Shown here piece by piece: positions 17,731-27,084 of a stretch of 64,000 bases of DNA (position 1 is the stretch's first letter; every line of letters starts with the position of its first letter). Under the pieces are notes generated by a model, which saw only the letters and a list, made by a program, of their open reading frames with translations, ran no database searches and was not told where the DNA came from. The position numbers were made by a program, and so were the translations under genes. The stretch comes from Abditibacteriota bacterium (lineage in GTDB: Bacteria; Armatimonadota; UBA5829): contig JAFZNQ010000117.1 of the NCBI GenBank assembly GCA_017552965.1, positions 1,319 to 65,318 on the forward strand, written 5' to 3'.

Positions 17731-18822
17731 CTATTCTACTATCTCCGTGTCGTATGTCATTTCTCCCAGACCCAGAGCCTGGGCCTCCTCGCACTGGAGA
17801 TAGGGATTCTTGCCGTGTATCTTCTCCATGAGGTGGCAGTCCTTGTCCTGCAGGGTCAGCTGCTCGGGCAGGGAGGAGGGGATGAAGTTCTCGTATTTGA
17901 TGCTGTCTATGGAGGCGGTCTCCACCGAGACTATGTCCTCGCCGGCAAAGATGCCTATGTCGGGCACCAGCGAAGGGGAGCTGAAGCCCCAGCAGTCGCA
18001 GAAGGGGGTGATGTCTCTCATAAAGTTGATAAAGAGCACCCGCCCGGGCTCAAATTCGTCCAGACAGGCCTTGGTGACCCGGGCCATGCCGCTCTGGAAG
18101 GCTCGCATGCTCTCTTCGCCCACCTTGATGGCCTTGGTGGGACAGGACAGGGTGCAGTGCATACAGTAGCGGCAGCTGTGGAGGTCCAGATGAAGGACGT
18201 CCTTGTCGTCAAAGGATATGGCGCCTGCCGGGCAGTTGGTCTGGCAGAATTTGCAGTGAGAGCATTTGTCGGCGTCCCAGGTGACCTCGGCTTCCTGCAG
18301 CCTGTGGATCTTGCCTCTGGTCTGGTAGGACACGTTGCCCATGCCTATATTCTTGATGGCTCCGCCAAAGCCGCACATGCCATGTCCCTTGCCGTGGGAA
18401 AAGACCACCATGGCGTCTGCGTTCACTATCTCGCCGCAGAGCTCGGCTGTGTCCAGGCAGCCGTAGCCGATGGGCACGCTCTTGTAGTAGTTTTCGGTGG
18501 CTCCCTGGGCGCTGATGACTGGGCAGCCCAGAGTCTCCTCTGTGTAGCCTCTGTCCTTGGCGGTGGGCACGGCGCTGCCGCCGTCGCACACGAAGGGCCG
18601 GCCTCCGGCTTCCTTGATCTTTCTGACCAGTATGCCCATAAAGAGCACGGGGATGGTGGTGTAGCCCAGATGCCCTCCCAGATGCACCTTGATCGCTACT
18701 CTTTTGCCGTCAAATCTGTCCGGGAGCTCCAGCTTGTCCAGCATTCTGATGAATTTGGCGGGCAGGGAATAATCGGGGCTGAGTTTTTTGAGTCTTGCGT
18801 CTGCAAAGTATATGTGGCTCAT
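17731..18822 (-). CDS. DUF362 domain protein with 4Fe-4S ferredoxin-type cluster motifs
   Basis: CSHCKFCQTNCP and CRYCMHCTLSCP cysteine clusters embedded in a DUF362-like fold; directly abuts the GH2 gene. Confidence 0.55.
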   Translation of the reverse strand: MSHIYFADARLKKLSPDYSLPAKFIRMLDKLELPDRFDGKRVAIKVHLGGHLGYTTIPVLFMGILVRKIKEAGGRPFVCDGGSAVPTAKDRGYTEETLGCPVISAQGATENYYKSVPIGYGCLDTAELCGEIVNADAMVVFSHGKGHGMCGFGGAIKNIGMGNVSYQTRGKIHRLQEAEVTWDADKCSHCKFCQTNCPAGAISFDDKDVLHLDLHSCRYCMHCTLSCPTKAIKVGEESMRAFQSGMARVTKACLDEFEPGRVLFINFMRDITPFCDCWGFSSPSLVPDIGIFAGEDIVSVETASIDSIKYENFIPSSLPEQLTLQDKDCHLMEKIHGKNPYLQCEEAQALGLGEMTYDTEIVE

Positions 18823-18883
18823 CAGTGTCTCCTTTTTGATGAATGCTGCGGCAGGCCGGGCCTGCCGCAGCTAAAACGTGTGT

Positions 18884-19918
18884 TTATTTGTAGGTGGCCT
18901 TCAGGGCTTTGCCCTGGGCGGCGCTCTTGTTGGCCAGATCCAGTATGTGGATGGGTCTTCTGGCGAATTCGCCGGTGATGATCAGGTCATCTTCGCCCAT
19001 GAGAGCGTCGGACACGTTCTTGTAGTAGGCGGCCCAGTCGGTGGGCATGTTCTTGCCTTCTATGGTGATCTTTTCGCCGTTCAGATTCTTGATGATCTTG
19101 TAGCCGTCAAAGTTCATGAGATAGGTGCCTTCGGTGCCCGTGATGCACATGAGGGCCGGCTTGGGACCGCCGTCCAGCTGGGAAATGGTCAGGGTGGAGT
19201 AGGTGCCGTTGGCGTATCTGACGACTATGAAGCCTTCATCGTCGTTGGTGTCGTCCTTCCAGGCAGTCTTGTCGTTCCAGTAGCCCTTGTGGATGTAGCC
19301 GGACACTTCGTCTATGTCGGCGTTCATGATCTGCAGGGTGTATTCCAGAATATGGACGCCCCAGTCATAGGTGATGCCGCCGGATATGGTCCTGGAGGTG
19401 CGCCACCAGTCGCCGGGATTGGCGTAGCTGGCCATATTGGCGTTGACCTTGAAGACGTCGCCGATCACCTTTTCCTTCAGCACCTTCTGGACAGCGGTGA
19501 GGATGTGGCCGTCCCAGTGCCTGTTGTGATAGGTGGAGAGCAGCACGTTCTGCTTTTTGGCTTCGTTGATGATGTCGGTGCACTGCTCGGTGGTCAGGGT
19601 AAAGGGCTTTTCCGTGATGACGTGCTTGCCTGCCTTCAGGGCCTGCATGGCCAGCTCGTAATGGATGTTGTGAGGGGTGATCACCACCACCACGTCGCAG
19701 GCGTCGTCGGCCAGCATGTCCGTGGCGTTGGAGTAGGTCTTGATGCCCGGAAAGTCCTCTGCGCCCGCCTTGGTCCTCTCGGGGTCGATGTCGCAGATGG
19801 CCGTGGGGGTCATGCCGCCCGCTTCCCTGGCCTGGTTGAGGTGGGTCCGGCCCATCATGAAGGAAGCGCCGTAACCGATAACGCCTATGCGGATGTCCGC
19901 TCTTTGTTTGAAGTTCAT
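18884..19918 (-). CDS. Gfo/Idh/MocA family oxidoreductase
   Basis: IGVIGYGASFMMGRTH Rossmann N-terminus and EKP motif. Confidence 0.75.
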   Translation of the reverse strand: MNFKQRADIRIGVIGYGASFMMGRTHLNQAREAGGMTPTAICDIDPERTKAGAEDFPGIKTYSNATDMLADDACDVVVVITPHNIHYELAMQALKAGKHVITEKPFTLTTEQCTDIINEAKKQNVLLSTYHNRHWDGHILTAVQKVLKEKVIGDVFKVNANMASYANPGDWWRTSRTISGGITYDWGVHILEYTLQIMNADIDEVSGYIHKGYWNDKTAWKDDTNDDEGFIVVRYANGTYSTLTISQLDGGPKPALMCITGTEGTYLMNFDGYKIIKNLNGEKITIEGKNMPTDWAAYYKNVSDALMGEDDLIITGEFARRPIHILDLANKSAAQGKALKATYK

Positions 19919-19999
19919 GATCTTCTCCGATGTGAATAGTACTTATAATGATTATACCACAAAAGACCCGTGATATATGCTCTGCCGGGAAAAAAGACG

Positions 20000-21070
20000 C
20001 TATCTTTCTACGCTTTCGCCGGTGATATTGTCCTTGATGATGTGCTTGCCGTTCTTGTCATAGACTATGGCTCTCTCGGTGAAGTGCCTGAATATGTTGT
20101 CCTTGATGATCCACTCCTTGCAGGTGTCGGACAAAAAGAGGGAGTTGCGGGAGGCCGTGGTCATATGGTTCCAGCTGAAGATCTGGTTGCCCGTAAAGGT
20201 GGTGTTGTTGGCATTCATGGCCTCCACCTGATTGTAGGCCCCGTAATTGTTCTTGGAATTGGTGTGTATGGTGTTGCCTATGATGATGTTGTAGCTCGCC
20301 TCGCCTCCGCTGTCTCCTATCTGGAGCCCGCAGGCGGCGGATTCTTCGAAGCGGTTGTTTTCGATGCGGTTGTAGTTGGAGCCGGCTCCGGCTATGAGGC
20401 CCTTGACGTTGTCCCAGTGATAGTTCATGGAATAGGTGCCGGCGCTGCAGCCGTCCAGAAAACACCCCGAAAGAGGCAGGACGCCGGGGGAGGCGCCGAA
20501 TTGATTCTGCACTATGTGAAAGTCGTTGGAGGCCTTCATATAGAGCTGGTGGCTCTTGTTGTTCTGGAACAGGCAGCCGGATATCACGTTGGAGGACTGG
20601 GGCTTGGAGGGGCTCCCCTCAAATCTGACGCCGCTCTGGGCAAAGCCCATGATGCGGCAGTCCCTGATGGTCACGGAGCCGCAGTGGTCGCCTTTGCCGT
20701 CCGGCACGAACACTATGCCCGAGCTCACCTCAGCCGCCGGGTCTCCCTCCAGGGTCAGGTCCCTGATGGTATCGTGCCAGCAGTTGCCCTCGAACTGCAT
20801 CAGGTCGCCGGGCCCTTCCTTCCTGATCACGGTGGAGGCTCCCGCCCCCTCTATGGTGAGAAAGCAGGTCCCCCGGAAATACAGCGTGTCGGCGACCCTG
20901 TATTCTCCGGGCCCGAGCCGTATCCGGCCTCCTGTCCAGGGCATTTCCTTTACGGCCTCCGCCAGCTCCGCGGCGTTGGACACGGTGAACTCCCTGGGCT
21001 CCGGCCGCTTTTCCTGGGCAAAGCATACGCCGGTCAGCAGGACGACAAATATGAGGATGGCGATTTTCAT
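20000..21070 (-). CDS. secreted right-handed beta-helix protein (signal peptide; pectin-lyase fold)
   Basis: MKIAILIFVVLLTGVCFA signal peptide; repeated N-rich beta-helix turns (NYNRIENNRFE, IIIGNTIHTN, FTGNQIF); RBS AGGGG. Confidence 0.5.
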   Translation of the reverse strand: MKIAILIFVVLLTGVCFAQEKRPEPREFTVSNAAELAEAVKEMPWTGGRIRLGPGEYRVADTLYFRGTCFLTIEGAGASTVIRKEGPGDLMQFEGNCWHDTIRDLTLEGDPAAEVSSGIVFVPDGKGDHCGSVTIRDCRIMGFAQSGVRFEGSPSKPQSSNVISGCLFQNNKSHQLYMKASNDFHIVQNQFGASPGVLPLSGCFLDGCSAGTYSMNYHWDNVKGLIAGAGSNYNRIENNRFEESAACGLQIGDSGGEASYNIIIGNTIHTNSKNNYGAYNQVEAMNANNTTFTGNQIFSWNHMTTASRNSLFLSDTCKEWIIKDNIFRHFTERAIVYDKNGKHIIKDNITGESVER

Positions 21071-21188
21071 ACTATGATACCCCTGTAGTTTCTTAATCAC
21101 ATTATAGCATATCGGCTTTCGGCTGTCAAAGTTTGACAAAGCCGCCGGCGTATTCTATAATACTTATGAGACAGCAAAAGAGAGGCGT

Positions 21189-22661
21189 ATGAAAGACATC
21201 AAGGGAAAAGCCAAATCCGGCTTTTTATACAAGTTTGCGGAAAGAGCGGGAGCTCAGGGCACCAGTTTCGTCATATCCATGATCCTGGCCCGCCTGCTGC
21301 TGCCCGAAGAATACGGTATAGTGGCCATGGTGCTGGTCTTCATCAGCATCTGCGACGTGTTTGTGGCCAGCGGCTTCGGCAAGTCGCTGATCGCCAACAA
21401 GAATTCGGACTATCTGGACTTCAGCACCTGCCTGTGGTTCAGCCTGGGGCTCAGCGTGGTCATATACACCCTCGTCTGGTTTTCCGCGCCCCTTATCGCC
21501 GCCTTTTATCATGAGAGCATGCTGGTGCCCGTGGTCAGGGTCATGGCTCTCAGACTGCCCGTGACCAGCCTGGCCTGCGTGCAGGAATCCTATACCTCCA
21601 AGAACATGTTGTTCCGCAAGTTCTTCTTTTCCACCCTTACGGGCACCCTTGCCTCCGGCGTCATATCCATCACCATGGCCTATATGGGCTGCGGCATATG
21701 GGCTCTCGTGGCCCAGAATATCTCCAGAGAGGTGATCAACGCTCTGGTGCTGTGGATCATAGTGGGCTGGAGGCCCCGGGCCGTGTTTTCCTTCGCGAGG
21801 CTGAAAAAGATATACGACTTCGGCTGGAAGATACTGGTCATAGGCCTCATAGACACCATCCACAGCCAGCTGCGGAACCTGATCATAGGCAAGCGCTACA
21901 CCGCCGAGGACCTGGCCTTTTACAGCAAGGGGCATCAGTTCCCCCACACGGGCATCATGTTCATAGAGCCCACCATCAGCGGCGTGCTGTTTCCCGCCCT
22001 GTCCCAGGTGCAGGACGACAAGGACCAGATGAGGGATATCACCCGGCGCATCACCCGGGTGTCCAGCTACGTGGTCTTTCCCGTGATGCTGGGCCTGGCT
22101 GCCATGGCGGAGCCCCTTATCCGGGTGATACTCACGGACAAGTGGCTGGAAAGCGCCGTGTATCTGCAGATCACCTGTCTGGCCCTTCTGTTCCGCCCCC
22201 TGCAGTTCGTCAACAACAGCGTCATCATGGCCAGCGGCAACAGCGCTCTCCTTCTGAAGCTGGACATCCTGAAAAAGGCGGTCAGCATCCTGCTGCTGGG
22301 CGTCAGTATGTTTTTCGGCGTCATCTGGGTGGCCTGGAGCCTGGTGGGGGCGAACCTCTTCGCCGCCCTGGTCAACATAGCCCCCAACAGAAAGATACTG
22401 GCCTACGGCTACATAGACCAGTTCGGAGACGTGTGCCGGAGCCTCTTTATGGCCCTTGTGATGGGCGGCTGCATGAGGCTGATACTCTTTGCCGGCCTTG
22501 CCGGCTGGCAGACCCTGCTGCTGCAGGCCTTCTGCGGGGTGGGGATCTATATGCTGCTTACCCGGCTTTTCCGGGAAGACAGCCTCGCCTATATCATCAA
22601 GACTCTGGGCGACCTGGCCCGGGGCAAACGGACCGGCAGGGAAAAGGGAGAAGAAATATGA
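21189..22661 (+). CDS. polysaccharide biosynthesis / oligosaccharide flippase family protein (Wzx-like, MOP superfamily)
   Basis: About 12-14 predicted TM helices and an N-terminal region typical of Wzx/PST exporters. Confidence 0.65.
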   Translation: MKDIKGKAKSGFLYKFAERAGAQGTSFVISMILARLLLPEEYGIVAMVLVFISICDVFVASGFGKSLIANKNSDYLDFSTCLWFSLGLSVVIYTLVWFSAPLIAAFYHESMLVPVVRVMALRLPVTSLACVQESYTSKNMLFRKFFFSTLTGTLASGVISITMAYMGCGIWALVAQNISREVINALVLWIIVGWRPRAVFSFARLKKIYDFGWKILVIGLIDTIHSQLRNLIIGKRYTAEDLAFYSKGHQFPHTGIMFIEPTISGVLFPALSQVQDDKDQMRDITRRITRVSSYVVFPVMLGLAAMAEPLIRVILTDKWLESAVYLQITCLALLFRPLQFVNNSVIMASGNSALLLKLDILKKAVSILLLGVSMFFGVIWVAWSLVGANLFAALVNIAPNRKILAYGYIDQFGDVCRSLFMALVMGGCMRLILFAGLAGWQTLLLQAFCGVGIYMLLTRLFREDSLAYIIKTLGDLARGKRTGREKGEEI

Positions 22662-24730
22662 GCTTTGACACCAAAGACGCGGCAGCCCTCTACAGAGAGG
22701 CGCGCAGCCTCTCGGAGAGGCTCGGGCAGGTCAGGCAGGAGGAAGCAAAGGCCCGGCAGGCCATAGTTTCCGCCGCGGAAAAAGCCATCAAGCCCGAGAT
22801 AGAACAGGGTCTGAGGGATACCCCGGTGACGGCCCTGCAGGATGAGGTGGTCGGCTGGAAGCCGGAGCTGCTCCCCGACAGATACACCAATTATCAGGAG
22901 CTGAAGCGGGACATGGCAGGCTCACTGAAGATGTATCTGAAGCCGGAGCCCCTGGCTGCCGTGAAAAAAGCGGTGGAGGACAAGGAGCGGGAGCTGCGGG
23001 GACGGGCTGTCCCCCGGATAGACGCGGAGAAAAAGGACCCGATGTCGGCGCTGCTGATGATGGCGGCTGTGAACTACTACAACGACCGGGCGCTCTTTGA
23101 CAGCATCAGGGATTTTGACGCCCGGCACCCGGACCTTGACCGGCTCACGGAAGAGCTGAAGCCCCTTGCCGGTTTCTTTGGGCGCCTCTTTGCCTCCGGA
23201 GACAAAAAGAAGAAGGCTCTGGCGGCCGGGGAGGCTCTGTCCGGCATGGTGCAGGAGTGGAAGGAACCCCGGAGCTCCAAAAACGTCTTGTCGGCCCAGA
23301 AGGCCTGGGAGATATACGAGAAAAACAGCATAGCGATATTCGGCATGCTGGAGCGGCTGCTGCCGGACCTGTTCACCGTCAGTGAAGAAGCCGGCGAGGT
23401 GTACGGCCTGCCCGAAGAGCTTGCCGAAGCGATAGCCTGCGAAGACCTGAGTCTCGAGGGTCTGGAGTGCACTCTCAGGACATATCAGGAGTGGGGCGTC
23501 AGGTATATCCTCAGGCAAAAAAGGACCCTGCTGGGAGACGAGATGGGCCTGGGCAAGACCGTGCAGGCCATAGCCGCCATGGTGTCCGTGCGCAACAGCG
23601 GCGGCTGTCATTTTCTGGTGATATGCCCGGCGGCGGTCATAGCCAACTGGACCAGAGAGATAGAAAAGTTTTCGGACATCACCGCCTACCGTATCCACGG
23701 GGCCGGCAAGGAGGAGACCATCAAAAAGTGGCGCAGCGACGGCGGCTGCGCGGTCATGAGCTACGAGGGGACCGAGATATTCACCGACGGGGACAGGACC
23801 CAGATAGACCTGCTGGTGGCGGACGAAGCCCACTACATCAAGAATCCCGAGGCCCAGCGGACTCAGCGGGCCGCAAAGCTGGCCCGCCGCGCCGGCAGGG
23901 TGCTGTTTATGACCGGCACCCCTCTGGAAAACAAGCGGGAGGAGATGGTCAGCATCATCGATATGCTGCAGCCCGAGGTCAGCCGGAGCCTCCGGCGCCC
24001 CATGTCTCCCCGGGAGTTCCGGGAAGCCGTGATACCCGTGTATTACAGGCGCAAGAGAGAGCAGGTGCTGGGAGAGCTGCCGGAGCTGACGGACGCCAAG
24101 TCCTGGGATGATATGAATCCCGAGGATACGGAGGCCTACAAGAGGGCTCTTGCCGGCGGGAACTTCCACGACGTGAGGCGTGTTTCCTGGATAACGGAGG
24201 ACATGACCCGGTCCTCCAAGGCTCAAAGGCTTCAGGAGATCATAGAGAATGCCCGGGCCCAGCAGCGGAAGCTGATAGTCTTTTCCTGCTATCTCAAGAC
24301 TCTGGAAAGGGTGACGGCCCTGCCCGGCGTGGATTTTATGCCCGCCATCACGGGCTCTCTGCCTCCACAGAAGCGGCAGGCTATCATAGACGACTTTGAA
24401 AAGGCTCCCGCGGGGACCGTGCTCCCTGCCCAGATACAGGCGGGAGGGACCGGCCTCAACATACAGGCTGCCAGCGTGGTGGTGCTGTGCGAGCCCCAGC
24501 TGAAGCCCTCCATAGAAAACCAGGCCATCTCCAGAGCCTACCGCATGGGCCAGACCCGCAACGTGCTGGTGTACCGCCTGCTGTGCGAGGACACCATTGA
24601 CGAGCAGATACTGGACCTGCTCAAGGAAAAACAAAATATATTCGATCAGGTGGCGGACGTGTCCGAGGCTGCCGGCAAGGACCCTCAGATGGTGAGTCTG
24701 CTGAAAGCCGAGCAGGAACGCTACGCCTGA
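22658..24730 (+). CDS. SNF2-family (DEAD-like) helicase/ATPase with about 280-aa coiled-coil-rich N-terminal region
   Basis: LGDEMGLGKTVQAIA (motif I), LLVADEAHYIKN (motif II), FMTGTPLEN, GGTGLN.Q.AS.V; ATG overlaps the Wzx stop (ATGA). The track ORF 21698-24730 is an upstream over-extension. Confidence 0.7.
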   Translation: MSFDTKDAAALYREARSLSERLGQVRQEEAKARQAIVSAAEKAIKPEIEQGLRDTPVTALQDEVVGWKPELLPDRYTNYQELKRDMAGSLKMYLKPEPLAAVKKAVEDKERELRGRAVPRIDAEKKDPMSALLMMAAVNYYNDRALFDSIRDFDARHPDLDRLTEELKPLAGFFGRLFASGDKKKKALAAGEALSGMVQEWKEPRSSKNVLSAQKAWEIYEKNSIAIFGMLERLLPDLFTVSEEAGEVYGLPEELAEAIACEDLSLEGLECTLRTYQEWGVRYILRQKRTLLGDEMGLGKTVQAIAAMVSVRNSGGCHFLVICPAAVIANWTREIEKFSDITAYRIHGAGKEETIKKWRSDGGCAVMSYEGTEIFTDGDRTQIDLLVADEAHYIKNPEAQRTQRAAKLARRAGRVLFMTGTPLENKREEMVSIIDMLQPEVSRSLRRPMSPREFREAVIPVYYRRKREQVLGELPELTDAKSWDDMNPEDTEAYKRALAGGNFHDVRRVSWITEDMTRSSKAQRLQEIIENARAQQRKLIVFSCYLKTLERVTALPGVDFMPAITGSLPPQKRQAIIDDFEKAPAGTVLPAQIQAGGTGLNIQAASVVVLCEPQLKPSIENQAISRAYRMGQTRNVLVYRLLCEDTIDEQILDLLKEKQNIFDQVADVSEAAGKDPQMVSLLKAEQERYA

Positions 24731-24746
24731 TATACGGAGGAAAGAT

Positions 24747-25841
24747 ATGCGTTATTTGACCCTATGCGCGCTGGTCGCGCTGTGCCTTGGGGCCTGTTGC
24801 TTTGCCCAGGATGGAGACAGATTTGCCGATGACACCGTGTGGTACGACGCGGCAAAGGCTCCCATGACTCTTTGCGGAGTGCTGGCTCCCACGGAAAAGG
24901 AGCCCTATTACCACCGGCTGCCCGCAGAGGTCGCCGAGAGCACTTCCGAGGCAGTGGCCCGGCTGAGCTGCCAGACGGCGGGAGGCAGGGTGCGTTTTTA
25001 TACGGACTCGCCCTACATCACCATCCACGCCTCCTTTTGGGTCTGCGACCCCCTCCTGAATCTCACCCAGATATCCTCCGCCGGCTTTGGCATATACACC
25101 CAAAAGGGCCGGGGCCCCGAAAAGTACCTGGCCAAGGTGGTGGCCGGCATGGGGCATTATGACGACAACGAATGGACCGTGTATCTCTCGGGAGAGGGGG
25201 AGACGGTCACCATATACCTGCCTCTCTACGGAGGCGTCAGAGACCTCTCTGTGGGAGTCAAGACGGGCTCTCTGGTCCGGGAGGCTCCGGGGTACCGCAT
25301 AGACAAGCCGGTGGTATTCTACGGCTCCTCCATCACCCAGGGCGGGTGCGCCACCCGTCCCGGCAACAGCTATCAGGGCATGATGGCCCGCTCCATGAGT
25401 ATGGACTACGTCAATCTGGGCTTTTCCGGAGCAGGCAAGGGCGAGCAGTCCATGGCGAATTATATAGCGGGGCTGGAGCTGAGCGCCTTTGTGCTGGACT
25501 ACGACCACAATGCCCCCACTCCGGAGCACCTGCGGGCCACCCACTACAACTTTTATGAGACCGTGCGCCGGCAGCATCCCGACGCGCCCATCCTCATGGT
25601 GTCCCGGCCGGTCATTGACCCTTCTCCCGAAGAGGTCGAAAGAAGGAACATCATCAGAGAGTCCTGGCAGAAGGCCAGGCTGGCCGGCGACAAAAACGTG
25701 TATTTCATAGACGGCTCCAAATTCATGACGGGCTACGCGGCGGACTGCTGGTCCGTGGACGGCTCCCATCCCAACGAGCTGGGCTTTTCGCTGATGGCAC
25801 GGGCCATGGAAAAGGTGCTGAAGCCCGCTCTGAAAAAATAG
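24747..25841 (+). CDS. SGNH/GDSL-family hydrolase, secreted (paralog 1)
   Basis: Signal peptide; VVFYGSSITQGGCATRPGNSYQG block and D.DHN catalytic region. Confidence 0.55.
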   Translation: MRYLTLCALVALCLGACCFAQDGDRFADDTVWYDAAKAPMTLCGVLAPTEKEPYYHRLPAEVAESTSEAVARLSCQTAGGRVRFYTDSPYITIHASFWVCDPLLNLTQISSAGFGIYTQKGRGPEKYLAKVVAGMGHYDDNEWTVYLSGEGETVTIYLPLYGGVRDLSVGVKTGSLVREAPGYRIDKPVVFYGSSITQGGCATRPGNSYQGMMARSMSMDYVNLGFSGAGKGEQSMANYIAGLELSAFVLDYDHNAPTPEHLRATHYNFYETVRRQHPDAPILMVSRPVIDPSPEEVERRNIIRESWQKARLAGDKNVYFIDGSKFMTGYAADCWSVDGSHPNELGFSLMARAMEKVLKPALKK

Positions 25842-25857
25842 ACACCGGAGGAACTGT

Positions 25858-26961
25858 ATGCTGCATCTCTTTTTGATATCCCTTATGACTCTGGCCCTGG
25901 CCTCTGTTTGCCGGGCCGTCCGATACGAGTCCTCCGTCCTGAAGGAGGACATAGATTGGTATGACGCCACGGAGAGCCCCATGACCCTTTGCGGTGTGCT
26001 GCCCCCTGACGACAAGGAAGATTATTACCACAGGATGCCGCTGGAGGTGGCCCGCAAGGCCTCCGAGGACGTGGTGAGCATGTGCCGGCAGACTGCCGGA
26101 GGCAGAGTGCGCCTTGTGACGGATTCGCCCTTTGTGGCGATCCATGCGGACCTGTGGCACAATTATCAGTATCCCAATCTCACCCACATTGCCTCCGCCG
26201 GCTTTGGCATATACGCCGGAGAGACAAAGGAGGAATACGCCGGCGTGGCTGTTGCCCCCATAGACAACAACGAGGGCAACGACTGGCAGGTGCCCCTGCC
26301 CGCCGGGACCAAAAGAGTCACCGTGTGCATGCCTCTCTACGGAGGAGTGAAGACCCTGTATATAGGCGTCCGGCGGGGCTCCCTGCTGAAGAAGGCTCCC
26401 CGGTACCGGTATGACAAGCCGGTGGTGTTTTACGGCTCCTCCATCACCCAGGGCGGGTGCGCCTCCCGCCCCGGCAACAGCTATCAGGGCATGATGTCTC
26501 TGTCCATGGATATGAATTACGTCAATCTGGGCTTCTCCGGCTGCGGCAGGGGAGAGCAGTGCGTGGCGGAGTATATCGCCGGGCTGGACATGAGCGCCTT
26601 TGTGCTGGACTATGACCACAACGCCCACACCCCCGAGCACCTGCGGGCCACCCACTATCCCTTTTTTGAAACGGTGCGCCGCAGACATCCGGAGCTGCCC
26701 GTCATCATGGTGTCCCGGCCGGTCCTCAGACCCACTGCCGAAGAGCTGGAGAGGATAGCCATCATCCGGGAGTCCTGCTGCAGGGCCCGTCTGGGCGGCG
26801 ACAACAACGTGTATTTTGTGGACGGCTCCTGCTTTATGAGAGGCTATGCGGCGGACGCCTGGTCCGTGGACGGCTGTCACCCCAACGATCTGGGCTTTGC
26901 GCAGATGGCGCAGGTGCTGGAAAACGTCCTGAGGCTGGTCCTGAAGCCGGACGGCGCATAG
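25858..26961 (+). CDS. SGNH/GDSL-family hydrolase, secreted (paralog 2)
   Basis: Co-linear with the upstream paralog (same VVFYGSSITQGGCASRPGNSYQG, FVLDYDHNA motifs). Confidence 0.55.
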   Translation: MLHLFLISLMTLALASVCRAVRYESSVLKEDIDWYDATESPMTLCGVLPPDDKEDYYHRMPLEVARKASEDVVSMCRQTAGGRVRLVTDSPFVAIHADLWHNYQYPNLTHIASAGFGIYAGETKEEYAGVAVAPIDNNEGNDWQVPLPAGTKRVTVCMPLYGGVKTLYIGVRRGSLLKKAPRYRYDKPVVFYGSSITQGGCASRPGNSYQGMMSLSMDMNYVNLGFSGCGRGEQCVAEYIAGLDMSAFVLDYDHNAHTPEHLRATHYPFFETVRRRHPELPVIMVSRPVLRPTAEELERIAIIRESCCRARLGGDNNVYFVDGSCFMRGYAADAWSVDGCHPNDLGFAQMAQVLENVLRLVLKPDGA

Positions 26962-26967
26962 CGCAGG

Positions 26968-26996
26968 TTGATTTTTTCTCCGAAAAGTGGTATAAT
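26968..26996 (+). promoter_or_regulatory. sigma-70 promoter with extended -10 for the GGDEF gene
   Basis: TTGATT-17 nt-TGgTATAAT. Confidence 0.5.
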
Positions 26997-27060
26997 TTTA
27001 ATGTTTTTCGCGTTGCGAGCCAATATTGGAATATCCGTGTTGCCGGAGGATAAGCTCCGG

Positions 27061-27082
27061 AATAGTCTGAAAATAGTCTGAA
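27061..27082 (+). repeat. perfect 11-bp tandem direct repeat (aatagtctgaa x2) ending 2 nt before the GGDEF start codon
   Basis: Read directly; no Shine-Dalgarno sequence in the usual position. Confidence 0.8.
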
Positions 27083-27084
27083 AT

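Noticed and set aside
21698-24730. 1010-aa ORF apparently fusing the Wzx region and the SNF2 gene
   Set aside because: The upstream 320 codons are an out-of-frame read-through of the Wzx gene with junk composition. The real SNF2 start is ATG 22658, overlapping the Wzx stop.
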